DNA of 64,000 nt, taken from assembly GCA_051362555.1 (NCBI GenBank), contig CM120641.1, positions 30,200,401-30,264,400 on the forward strand, in the 5' to 3' direction. The position numbers were made by a program, and so were the translations under genes. Positions 13,240-23,785 of this stretch are shown here, in pieces. The notes under the pieces are model-generated. The model was given only the letters and a program-made list of their open reading frames with translations. It ran no database searches and was not told where the DNA came from. The stretch comes from Lingula anatina (lineage: Eukaryota; Animalia; Brachiopoda). Numbering within the stretch: position 1 is the first letter of the stretch; every line of letters begins with the position of its first letter.

Positions 13240-13690
13240 TCACGTGGAGAAGGCCGTGGGGGGGGGGGGGGGGGCGTGGAGAAGGCTGCAGGGAGGTGTA
13301 AATCCGTGGGGAAGGCCGCGGGGAGGGGTAGAGACGTGGAGAAGGCCGTGGGGAGGGGCAGGGACGTGGAGAAGGCCGTGGGGAGGGGCAGGAATGTGGA
13401 GAAGGCCGTGGGGAGGGGCAGGGACGTGGAGAAGGCCGTGGGGAGGGGCAGGAATGTGGAGAAGGCCGTGGGGAGGGGCAGGGATGTGGAGAAGGCCGCT
13501 GGGAGGGGCAGGGACGTGGAGAAGGTCGTGGGGAGGGGCAGGGATGTGGAGAAGGCCGTGTGGAGGGGCAGGGACGTGGAGAAGGGCGTGGGGAGGGGCA
13601 GCGAAGTGGAAAAGGCCGTGGGGAGGGGCAGGGAAGTGGAAAAGGCCGTGGGGAAGGGAAGGGATGTGGAGAAGGCCGTGGATGGGGGGC
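13240..13690. repeat. 30-bp G-rich minisatellite (GGGAGGGGCAGGGACGTGGAGAAGGCCGTG), ~14 copies
   Basis: 30-bp periodicity is directly visible. Confidence 0.97.
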
Positions 13691-14134
13691 AAAAATGAAA
13701 TTAGAAAAAAAGATGATAAATTTCGGAGCTTGTTTATTTCTGTCATGGGGCAGTGGTAAAACAATTAAAACTTCCAGTAATTTCATCAAAGAGATACCTG
13801 TAGAGTGAGGTTATCTGCTTACCCATCACCTGGAGATAGAGTTTTATTAAAAGCAGGCATTTATAATTTTTCTCAATATGGCATTTTCATTTTCATTATT
13901 ATATTCATTACAGGGGGATTGTCCGGGGGGGGGCGTCCTGATACCTGGATAGATATTTGATCTCTTAGATTATCTAAAGACCAAGATGAATAAGAAAATT
14001 TGAAGCTTTTTTTAATTATACATCAACGAAATTGCTTTGGGAAGAGGATCAAGAAATGTAAGTTGACTTATCAAGTTATCATTTATGGCAGCAGTTTCAA
14101 TAAAATTTTGTTTGGGACTTCCAGGCCTTATAAA

Positions 14135-14357
14135 CGGATCAGGCGTTTACTGACACTAGCTGCAAATCTTTAGTACTAACGCCTATATTAACCACAAAAC
14201 CCACGGATTAGCCAACGCACCACACAGTTATTTAACACCAACGAAGCAAAACCTATAGCACTAACATTCATCCGCTCTGGTAGTGTTGGATAATCTGTAT
14301 GTTTTGTGGTTAAAATGGGTGTTAGAGCTAAAAGATCAGCGGGTAGTGTTAGTAAAA
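14135..14357. mobile_element. Fold-back MITE; partial second copy at ~57968-58116
   Basis: TTTACTGACACTAGC...TTAACCACAAAAC is mirrored by GTTTTGTGGTTAA...GTAGTGTTAGTAAA. The left ~150 bp recur at 57968. Confidence 0.65.
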
Positions 14358-14358
14358 G

Positions 14359-14571
14359 CAGTGGCGGATTTGGAGGGGGGGGTCTGAAAAAAATCACACT
14401 AATATTCCCCTCTTGGATTTAGAATATTGACTAGCTGATTTATGGTGCTAAATCGTACCAAATACCAAATGGCACCGTTCGCCCTCTAAAAATACCAAAA
14501 GTTTTAGGGCCCTTCACCGGTAGAACCCCACGCCATGTAAAAGGGGGTGGGTGTTGATTTCGCATCCGCGG

Positions 14572-14613
<42 letters not shown>

Positions 14614-14654
14614 ACCACCACCACCACCTTCAAATAACCCTGGATCCGCCCCTG
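14359..14654. mobile_element. MITE with CAG(T/G)GGCGGAT...ATCCGCCCCTG termini and long G/C homopolymers; relatives at 14960-15209, 29097-29310, ~30455-30599, 32347-32632, ~37238-37360
   Basis: Short TIRs plus shared internal motifs (GGCACCGTTCGCCCTCTAAAATACC, AGGGCCCTTCA, TTCGCATC) across the copies. Confidence 0.75.
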
Positions 14655-16184
14655 TAAAGCTGTCGAAGAGGAAATACGTCGAAGAGAGCCACGGCCCCGG
14701 AAGTATAAATTTGACTGAGAGCTGTCTGAAAAAGAAATTAAAAAACCAGGTTTTCAGCTCACCTTATCTACACCTGAATAAAGTTGATCAACCATGCCAG
14801 GTTAGGAATGGGAGGAAAGAATGTAAAATTCGAACACATTTTCATTCGCCGCCAGTTTTAACTCGACTGCTGGGGTTATGTGATGGGCGGTCGCACTTGC
14901 CAATACTTCCATGTACCAGTGAATAACCAGTTATCATGCACGAATGGTAACAGTTTACTCAGGGGCGGATGACAGGCCTCAGATGCGAAACTGACCCTCG
15001 CCCCCTCCTCCATCCCCTTTGACGTAGGGTTCGGGGCCCGCTGAAGGGTACCGATAATTTTTGGTATTTTAGAGGGCGAACAGTGCCATTTGCTACGGTC
15101 TAGAACTATGATTAAGCTGGTCAAGAGAGGAGTATTGGTGTGGTTTAATATCCAGAAACTGAAGGGGGGGGGGCAGGACCCCCCTGAGACCCCCCTAAAC
15201 AAGCCACTGCTCAGGCTGCCTGTGCTGCGGTCTCGGCCTCATTGCGACGACTAGCACAAATCCATGCGTTGTGATTACGGATGGCAGGAAAGGTCTCAAA
15301 AAGTGTTAAATTTCGACCAGTTTGCGCTCCCACAAAAAAAAAGAAGAAGAAGGAGAAGAAGAAATAGAAGCCTGTCCCTTCCTGTGTTGACGGGAAAAAA
15401 GTGGGCAGGGGGCTTTAAAAACAACTTCATTAAATTAAACCAAGAATTTCAAGTCTTTGATTAGACCAGCCCGACTTATTCCTATTCACACGTAATTGAA
15501 ATCTGGAGTTTTTATACTTAATTTTATACTACTAAAAATATATCGCATATTTAAGCTCGAAAGATTGTTAACGCATTGCATAAAATTGTTTTCAGTTTTA
15601 ATTTGTCAGTTTTAATTGTGTAGTTTAATTGAAAACAACAGTTTTCACGCACGCTCCTGTCAATATACAGAGACGGGCTACTTATTGCCCCGGCCCTTTA
15701 TAAGGAACGAACAAAACCGGTAGTTTTTAATTTTACCTGGTCACTAACATCATTATCTCGGCATTTCTCTCTCCGTAGCTCATGAAAAAGATGGCAAGGT
15801 TTTACTTTTTATACCATTCGTTCTCTAAAAATGACCCAAAAATATTCATCGGGTGTAAAAGAACATGAGTATGATTAAAGTAATATGTTCAGTTCGTATA
15901 CGAAGTTCCGATTTCGTACGAGCACCAAAGAAAGGATCATGGAGCAACAAACATCGACAACAACGTTAATTCACGTATAGTCATTTTACATCATATCCAG
16001 AAAAAGAATGACAACTGATTTTTAGTACAATTAAAAACGCCTGTGAAAGAACCCGGGACTCTTTCACGTTGTTAAATTTCAGTCTCTCGGTTGAAATAAA
16101 AAAAAAACCGATGTTTTTGAACGCGCTGCAAGAAAAAAAAAAAGAAAAGAAAATGCGCTACACCTTCAGAATGTTACGACATAT

Positions 16185-16450
16185 TGTAAGGGACGCGGTG
16201 GCGCCCCTTAGCATGTCCCACGCCCCTAGGATGTCGCGGCGCCCGCGCCTAGACTATAGGATGTCGCGGCGCCCGCGCCTAGTAAGATATATTATAAGGT
16301 ATTATTATAATGAGACATTAAGGTACATATAAATAGAACAGGTGGTGGGTAGAGAGAACAAGTTAGGTAGTGGGAATAAAGCTGTTTGGAAATCCACGAC
16401 TCTTGTTGCTCACTTCTTCTCGATCTGTGAACATAAAATCGAACCTTACA
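16185..16450 (+). repeat. 5' LTR of the Gypsy element
   Basis: 7-bp terminal inverted repeats, an internal 30-bp CpG-rich tandem duplication, TATAAATA and AATAAA. One mismatch to the 3' LTR. Confidence 0.97.
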
Positions 16451-16454
16451 GGAT

Positions 16455-16469
16455 TGGCGAGCCGCCAGG
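16455..16469 (+). promoter_or_regulatory. Primer-binding site, tRNA-Arg-like
   Basis: TGGCGAGCCGCCAGG lies 4 nt after the LTR and matches the complement of the tRNA-Arg(ACG) 3' end (TGGCGAGCCAGCCAGG) with a 1-nt gap. Confidence 0.75.
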
Positions 16470-16494
16470 TTGAGAAGAAGTAGCAAAGGAGAAA

Positions 16495-17568
16495 ATGGCA
16501 AATCCAAACGCAGCGCAGGTCCCACTGCCGAACGAAGTCGAGGGTCATCCCCAACTTCAGCAGATAATACAAAACTTCCAAGGCTTACTTGAAGCGGTGC
16601 AGGGAAAGGCCTTTATTGAAATAGGCAACGAGACCCTAAAAACAGCGGCGACAGCAATACGACCATGTGACGGACAGGACGAAAACGAGGTAAGAGACTT
16701 TTTGGAGGAGATCGACTCGGCCGAACACCAGGTGGCATCGGTGAGTAATGGACAAGTGAAACTAGCCTGTAGAGTAACTAGAGGTAGCTTAAAAAGAGAG
16801 ATAGAGCGTTTTTTACAAGCCCAACAAGACAGGGAAAATATTACATGGCGGGTATTAAAAGACCACATTCAAAGATCTTTTCTCTCGTGTAACGAAACTG
16901 AACGACTTAAGACCGAAATAGAACATTACATACAGTCGCCTTACGAAAACCTAACCTCTTACAACAGAAAATTCCGAGAAAAGGCTAATAGAGCCTTCCC
17001 AATTCCTAGAACGGGTGACGCAGAACGCCTTGTACTTAGGGCATACGCGAAAGGCTTACGTGATCATAGACTGGCCGAAGATCTAATAGTTAGGGGCCAG
17101 CCAAACACTCTGGCAGATGCCTTGGCCTGGACCGAAACGCAGAATGCTAGTAGAGAAGTCTATCGTCAATTAAAAGGGGAAGCCACTCAGGCTTTCAGAA
17201 TAGAAGAAGACATGGAGATAGGGGTAGTTAACTCGAAAAAAGAAACTGATACCTACATGCGCCAAATTTTGGATGCGGTACAAAAATCCGAAGAAAGATT
17301 ACAAACCAGAATTGCAAAACTAGAAGCTAACCAGGCACAAAAATTACATACACCACCACAGTCACAAAGCAGAAAGTATAAATGGACGCCGGATGGAGCC
17401 CCGGTGTGTTTTTACTGCAATAAGCCCGGCCACAGGCAAAGAGAGTGCTATCAAAGAAAGGGAAATATAAAACAAGAGAGCAGGGTAGGGTACCAACACA
17501 ATCCACATTACAATTTTGCACAACAACACACACAGCCATTAGGTAACAGACACAATCCTTTAAACTAG
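16495..17568 (+). CDS. gag: Gag, 357 aa, with a CCHC zinc knuckle
   Basis: Intact ORF right after the PBS; CFYCNKPGHRQREC; Q...E.L..Y major-homology-like segment. Confidence 0.95.
   Translation: MANPNAAQVPLPNEVEGHPQLQQIIQNFQGLLEAVQGKAFIEIGNETLKTAATAIRPCDGQDENEVRDFLEEIDSAEHQVASVSNGQVKLACRVTRGSLKREIERFLQAQQDRENITWRVLKDHIQRSFLSCNETERLKTEIEHYIQSPYENLTSYNRKFREKANRAFPIPRTGDAERLVLRAYAKGLRDHRLAEDLIVRGQPNTLADALAWTETQNASREVYRQLKGEATQAFRIEEDMEIGVVNSKKETDTYMRQILDAVQKSEERLQTRIAKLEANQAQKLHTPPQSQSRKYKWTPDGAPVCFYCNKPGHRQRECYQRKGNIKQESRVGYQHNPHYNFAQQHTQPLGNRHNPLN
17559..17565 (+). promoter_or_regulatory. -1 programmed ribosomal frameshift heptamer T TTA AAC
   Basis: X XXY YYZ in the gag frame immediately before TAG. 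The -1 frame is open and reads FKLEDAES...QCKALI towards the protease motif. Confidence 0.8.
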
Positions 17569-18562
17569 AGGACGCGGAATCGGGCAGATATGATAACCGG
17601 TTGGGTGTTAGTTTGAATTTTTTCGGATATCAATGTAAAGCCTTAATTATATATATATAATTGATACAGGTGCAGCTGTTTCGATTCTGCGTAAAGATGT
17701 TTTTAAGAAAATTTGTGCCAAAGTAGGTAGATGCCATTTATTAGCAAAGTCAGGAAACCTGCTTAGTGTCTCTGGTGGAAAATTAGATGTAAAAGGGATT
17801 GCCAACCTCAAGATAGAAAACATAGGATTAGTAGAATTAGTTGTAGTAGAGGGCATATCTCAAGAAATGATAGTGGGAAATGATTTGCTTGAAAAAGGGC
17901 AAGGTAAAATAGATTATGTGGCCAAAACACTGACATGGTTCGATAAGGAATGGTCTTTGGAGAAAAATGAGAAAGAAGTAGAAATAAATGAAATTGTCAA
18001 ATTGCCCAAATCTTCGGGAAACAAAGAAATAGATGATCTGACCCTAGAATATGCAGATATTTTCAGTGGAAAAGAAGGACCCGTAGGTTACTGTAATATA
18101 TTACCCATGAAAATAAATACGGGTGATGCCACCCCAATCAGATCACGAGCCTACAGAGCCCCAATACATAAGCGAAAAATCATTGAAGAAGAGATAGAAA
18201 AGATGTTAAAAGACGTTGTTATTAGACCAAGCACCTCGGACTGGTGTAGTCCTGTCACACTTGTTCCTAAGCAGGATAACACTATGCGATTTTGCGTAGA
18301 TTATCGAAAACTTAATCAAGTTATCAAACGTGACATGTTTCCCATCCCACTGATTCAAGACATTTTTGATGATTTAGGAGAGGCTACTGTTTACTCTGTT
18401 GCTGACCTAAAATCTGGATTTTTTTCAAATCCCAGTTGCAGAACAAGACAAACACAAAACTGCATTCATCTCACACAAAGGGTTATACGAATTCAACGTC
18501 ATTCCATTCGGGACGGTCAATGGGCCCGCGCATTTTGAACGCGTAATGGAAATCGTTTTAAA
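17559..18562 (+). pseudogene. pol: pol 5' part (aspartic protease, N-terminal RT), disrupted
   Basis: IDTGAAVS, SPVTLVPK, RFCVDYRKLN, DLKSGFF. A 14-bp insertion at ~17649-17662, an extra T in the T7 run at 18419-18425, then the Helentron insertion. Confidence 0.95.
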
Positions 18563-21481
18563 CTAGAGGATCAGAGAGGCAATACCGCCTCCAAATATTG
18601 TACCACCAGCTGGAGCAAACGCATTCGTATAGACCCCCACATACACAAAATAAGGGACACAGCCACCAGTTTTGTGCTTGACAAGCTGTAAAAATGCAAT
18701 CAACAAGAATTTTTTAACTATTGCAAAAAATATATATGGTACAATCAAATTTAAGTTCTTCGTAAGGTAGGTCAAGGGTCAATTTCAAGGTCACAGTAAA
18801 TTGCCAGTATATGACTTCCTATTCAAGTTCAAGAGTAACTATGGACCTATCTCTGTCAAGTTTGAAGTTAAAAGAGAAAGAAATTAGCAGAGTTCAGTTC
18901 ATGATAAAAAGTAGGTCAAAGGTCAATTTCAAGGTCACACTTAGATTGCCAGTATAGGACTTCCTATTCAACTTCAATAGTAACTATGGACCTATCTCAG
19001 CCAGTTTTGGAGATAAAAGGGAAGCAAAATTTGCAAAATTCAGTTCATGGTGAAAAGTAGGTCAAAGGTCAATTTCAAGGTCACATTTAGATTGCCAGTA
19101 TATGACTTTCTATTCAAGTTCAATAGTAACTATGGACCTATCTCTGCCAGTTTTGGAGATAAAAGGGAAGCAAAATTTGCAAAGTTCAGTTTATGGTGAA
19201 AAGTAGGACAAAGGTCAATTTTAATGTCACATTTATAATGCCAGTATATGACTTCCTATTCAAGTTCAATAGTAACTACGGACCTATCTCTGCCAGTTTT
19301 GGAGATAAAAGGAAAGCAAAATTTGCAAAATTCAGTTCATGGTGTAAAGTAGGTCAAAGGTCAATTTTAAGGTCACATTTAGATTGCTAGTATATGACTT
19401 CCTTTTCAAGTTCAATAGTAACTATGGACCTATCTCAGCCAGTTTTGGAGATAAAAGGGAAGCAAAATTTGCAAAATTCAGTTCATGGTGTAAAGTAGGT
19501 CAAAGGTCAATTTTAAGGTCACATTTAGATTGCCAGTATATGACTTCCTTTTCAAGTTCAATAGTAACTATGGACCTATCTCTGCCAGTTTTGGAGATAA
19601 AAGGGCAGAAAAGTTTGCAAAGTTCAGTTCATGGTGAAAAGTAGGTCAAAGGTCAATTTCAAGGTCACATTTAGATTGCCAATATATGACTTCCTATTCA
19701 AGTTCAATAGTAACTATGGACCTATCTCTGCCAGTTTTGGAGATAAAAGGGAAGCAAAATTTGCAAAGTTCAGTTTATGGTGAAAAGTAGGTCAAAGGTC
19801 AATTTTAAGGTCACATTTAGATTGCCAGTATATGACTTCCTATTCAAGTTCAATAGTAACTATGGACCTATCTCAGCCAGTTTTGGAGATAAAAGGAAAG
19901 CAAAATTTGCAAAATTCAGTTCATGGTGTAAAGTAGGTCAAAGGTCAATTTTAAGGTCACATTTAGATTGCCAGTATATGACTTCCTATTCAAGTTCAAT
20001 AGTAACTATGGACCTATCTCTGCCAGTTTTGGAGATAAAAGGGAAGCAAATTTTGCAAAGTTCAGTTTATGGTGAAAAGTAGGTCAAAGGTCAATTTTAA
20101 GGTCACATTTAGATTGCCAGTATATGACTTCCTATTCAAGTTCAATAGTAACTACGGACCTATCTCAGCCAGTTTTGGAGATAAAAGGAAAGCAAAATTT
20201 GCAAAATTCAGTTCATGGTGTAAAGTAGGTCAAAGGTCAATTTTAAGGTCACATTTAGATTGCCAGTATATGACTTCCTATTCAAGTTCAATAGTAACTA
20301 TGGACCTATCTCTGCCAGTTTTGGAGATAAAAGGGAAGAAAAATTTGCAAAGTTCAGTTCATGGTGAAAAGTAGGTCAAAGGTCAATTTCAAGGTCATAG
20401 TAAGATTGCCAGTATATGACTTCATATTCAACTTCAATAGTAACTATGGACCTATCTCTGCCAGTTTTGGAGATATAAGGGACTAGATGTTATAATTTTG
20501 GAGTTACCATAATGTGCCTTAAATTTCGTACAGAAAAAATTAATTAAAATAAAGAAAATGTCATTTTGGTCAAAATTCTTGAAATCGGAGGTGCTCTGAA
20601 GTTTCAGAAGTTCAAATTTGATGAAATAATGTCATTTTTGAACACAAGTTGTCTGCTTTGCCAAGCCTTATGTTTTATTTTTCCAGAGTTCAAATTTTTT
20701 TATCCATTACCGTACTGCACATTTTGCTTTTACCACCAATATGTACTTTTTGATACAGCGTAACTCGAAAACCGTATGGAATACAAAAAAACCGAGACCA
20801 CTTCCAGTGTTGGGCTTTACATGCTCTACAAAATGCAAAAAAGAATGGGTCTCTAGCATTAACGGTTCCCGAATTAGAGACAGTTTTCAGTTTCGGTATC
20901 TTATGGCCGCTACTCCCGTGAAAATGCACCGATTGACCCCAAATTCATGGAGATGAAAGATGACCTGAAGGGTAACACTTTCCAATAATATTATTGGTTA
21001 AGTCTGTGTGGTGTCTGAATAACAGGGCAAAAAAAATTTTTTTCGTAAAAAATTTCATTTTTTTGAAAATTTTGGCCCATTTGACCTTGAAGTAGAGGTC
21101 AAAGGTCAAATCCAAGGGTATATTTGAAATCTACACATATGACTTTTGGAAAGCCGTCTATAGAAAATTTTCCCATAACTCCTTCCGTAGGGTAGATAAT
21201 TAGCATTTAATTTTGCCATTTTTAGACAAGGGTGCATTGCAATGAGTGCCACACCCAGACCCCAATACCGACAAAGCCCAAATTTTACGTGGAACGAGTT
21301 GAGATTATAGGTGACCTAAATCCATGAGATGGGTACGGGGGCCCTTACCGTCTAGGAGGAGAAGCGGTAACGGTAGCCGTCCGGCGGAGCCGGCGGAGCC
21401 AACGGAGCCGGCGGAGCCGGCGGAACGATCCGGACGGGACCGAAACCATGTGTACCGCCAGCGCTAACGCTGGTGGTACAA
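18563..21481 (-). mobile_element. Non-autonomous Helentron (HINE/DINE-1-like) with a central tandem array, inserted into the Gypsy RT
   Basis: Minus strand: 5' TGTACCACCAGCGTTAGCGCTGGCGGTACA palindrome, 9-bp GC-rich repeats, 3' subTIR GCTGGTGGTACAA, GAGGC-loop-GCCTC hairpin, and a CTAG end at a T-rich site with no TSD. Removing it restores RT ...EIVLNDLIGVCVRVYIDD. Confidence 0.9.
18765..20482. repeat. ~12 tandem copies of a 146-bp unit, partly a 292-bp dimer
   Basis: The GTAGGTCAAAGGTCA landmark recurs every 146 bp (18911, 19057 ... 20371). Near-identical ORFs at 19777 and 20069 are 292 bp apart. Confidence 0.97.
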
Positions 21482-23609
21482 TGATTTAATAGGTGTTTGC
21501 GTTCGTGTTTACATTGATGACTTGATCATATACTCGAAAAATATAGAGGAACATCGCGAACATCTCAGATTAGTTTTCGATAGATTACGAAAAGCTGGTC
21601 TAAAACTGAAGTCTTCAAAGTGCAGCTTCGCCCAAACAGAAGTTAAACTTCTAGGATACGTAGTTAGCAAAGAGGGAATTAGAAGCGACCCTGACAAAAT
21701 AGAGGCTATTAAGAAAATCAAAACACCGCGAAATCAAAAAGACGTACGCTCATTTTTAGGGATGTGCAATTACTATGCCCAAACGCTACCAAATTTTGCA
21801 AAAATCGCTACACCATTATACTCTCTCACCAAAAAGAATTGCCCTTTTCAATGGAATGAAGAGCACGAAGAAAGTTTCACCGCTTTGAAAGATATTTTGA
21901 TTTCTAACGAAGTAATGGCCCATCCCCAACTAAACAAGCCATATAAGCTCTATTGCGATGCATGCGATTACGCCGTTGGTGGGGTCTTAACACAAGAAGA
22001 CAAAGACGGTCGAGAAAGGGTAGTCCAATATGTCAGTCACACTTTGTCTAAAACCCAAAGGAAATGGTCAGTGTTAGAAAAAGAAATGTACGCCATTGTT
22101 TACTGCGTGTCGAAATTAAGGCCGTATTTGTGGATGGCGGACTTCAAAATTTTGACCGACCATAAACCGCTCCGCTCAGCATTCACGAAAGAAATGCGAA
22201 ACACTAAAGTTCAAAGATGGGCATTGTTTCTCTCTGAATTTGGCGCAGAAATAGAATATATCAAAGGGAAATACAATTACGGGGCAGACGTTATGAGTCG
22301 TCTACCGTCGAAAGACGGTGACAAAATTGCTATTATAGACGTAGACACGGAGTGGATTGATCCAGAGGCATATCCGGATGACTATTCATTAGAAAGAATT
22401 CCCATAGAAGCAGATGAGCTTGATAAAGAGGGTCTAATTGAGGGGCAGGGAGAAGAATTTGAATCACAAATTAAGGAGGCAGAGACAGAGGGCTCCTCAT
22501 ATGCAATATTTGGGGACTTGTTGTACTCTACACGCCCACCTAATAAAGGTGAACCCTGTTATCCAAGATTAATGCTTCCAAGCGCATACCGCACGCGTGT
22601 CATTAAACGAGCACATAGCGAGGTCGGGCACATGAGCGTCTATAAAACATTGTGCAGAGTAAGAGAAGCTTACGTATGCCCTATGCGTGCACATGTGAAA
22701 CAGTTCATCAGAAAATGCGTAACATGTCTCTCAAATGTTCCTAATCAACAAAAGCCCCCTATGGGAGAAATGCCTTTACCATCCTATCCATTTCAAATTG
22801 TTGGCGTTGATCTCATTGGCCCCCTGACAGAATCAAAAAATGGGAACAAATACTGTCTTGATATTATTGACCACCTCTCGGGATGGGCGGAATGCATCCC
22901 GCTTAAGAATAAAACAGCCCTAGCGGTGGAAAATGCATTTGCTGACGAATTTATTCCGAGACACGGTATCCCCGAAATTTTGATTTCCGATCGCGGACAA
23001 GAATTCTCAGCAAACACTTTTCGAGCCTACTTGGAAGGCCTTGGAATAGAACACAGACAAACGACAGCATATAATCCCCAATCAAATGTAAAAGTACAAC
23101 GGTTCCAAAAAACACTCACACAATTGATCACACGAATGGTAAACAATAACAACCGCGATTGGGAAAGACAAATTTCTAACGCATTATTGGCATACCGAAC
23201 ATCGGTGAGCACAAGTACCGGACACACCCCTTTTTACCTAGTTTATGGGCGTCGGCCAAGACTGCCATTAACAAGACTCCTGACGGCGAAGACAGACACA
23301 AATGCTTTAGAAGGCAGACTGAGCGACTTATCAGATGCTTTGAAACAAGCCCAGGAAACCCTTAAAGCGTCACGTGAACATAATAAGAAGCGGCTAGACG
23401 CAAAGGCAAACGCCGACGAAATTGACGTGGGTGACTCGGTAGTTTTATTGGCCCAACCACGCATTCCCTTTACATCAAAATGGTTACCACAATATGAGGT
23501 GGTTCGTAAAAGAGGAAAGGTGTTCTGGTTACGTCATCAGCAGACCGGACAGACAAAAACGGTAAATAGAAATAAAATTAGACGGGTTTTAACCCTAGAC
23601 AAGCAGTAG
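21482..23609 (+). pseudogene. pol: pol 3' part (RT YIDD, RNase H, integrase)
   Basis: YIDDLIIYS, LYCDACDYAVGGVL, EKEMYAI, TDHKPL, HHCC zinc motif, VDLIGP / SDRGQEF. The third catalytic position reads SNVKVQR instead of the usual SNGxxER. Confidence 0.95.
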
Positions 23610-23785
23610 GTCCACCTACCCCTCAACCAACGACAGCTACTTCGGATACAGTTGCGAAAAAAAGTAAATATTACCGTCCCTGCGACAGACGAAGCACTTG
23701 AAATAAGGAATATACAGGTACGAAAACATAAAGGAAAAAGGTAAGATTACTTTAAAGTAAATTGTTATATTCCCTACTGATTGAG

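Noticed and set aside
13202-13808. Five overlapping Pro/Gly/Arg-rich ORFs
   Set aside because: A stop-free 30-bp repeat is open in most frames on both strands; nothing supports translation.
17559-18570. Identical 14-mer TTTAAACTAGAGGA at the gag stop and at the Helentron junction
   Set aside because: CTAGAGGA is the element's own terminus (also in the 34916 copy) and T/A runs are its target. One AT-rich 14-mer match within an 11-kb element is plausible by chance.
19193-20374. Repeated 65-101-aa ORFs (MVKSRSKVNF...)
   Set aside because: They are translations of the 146-bp array; 146 is not a multiple of 3 and no domain is recognisable.
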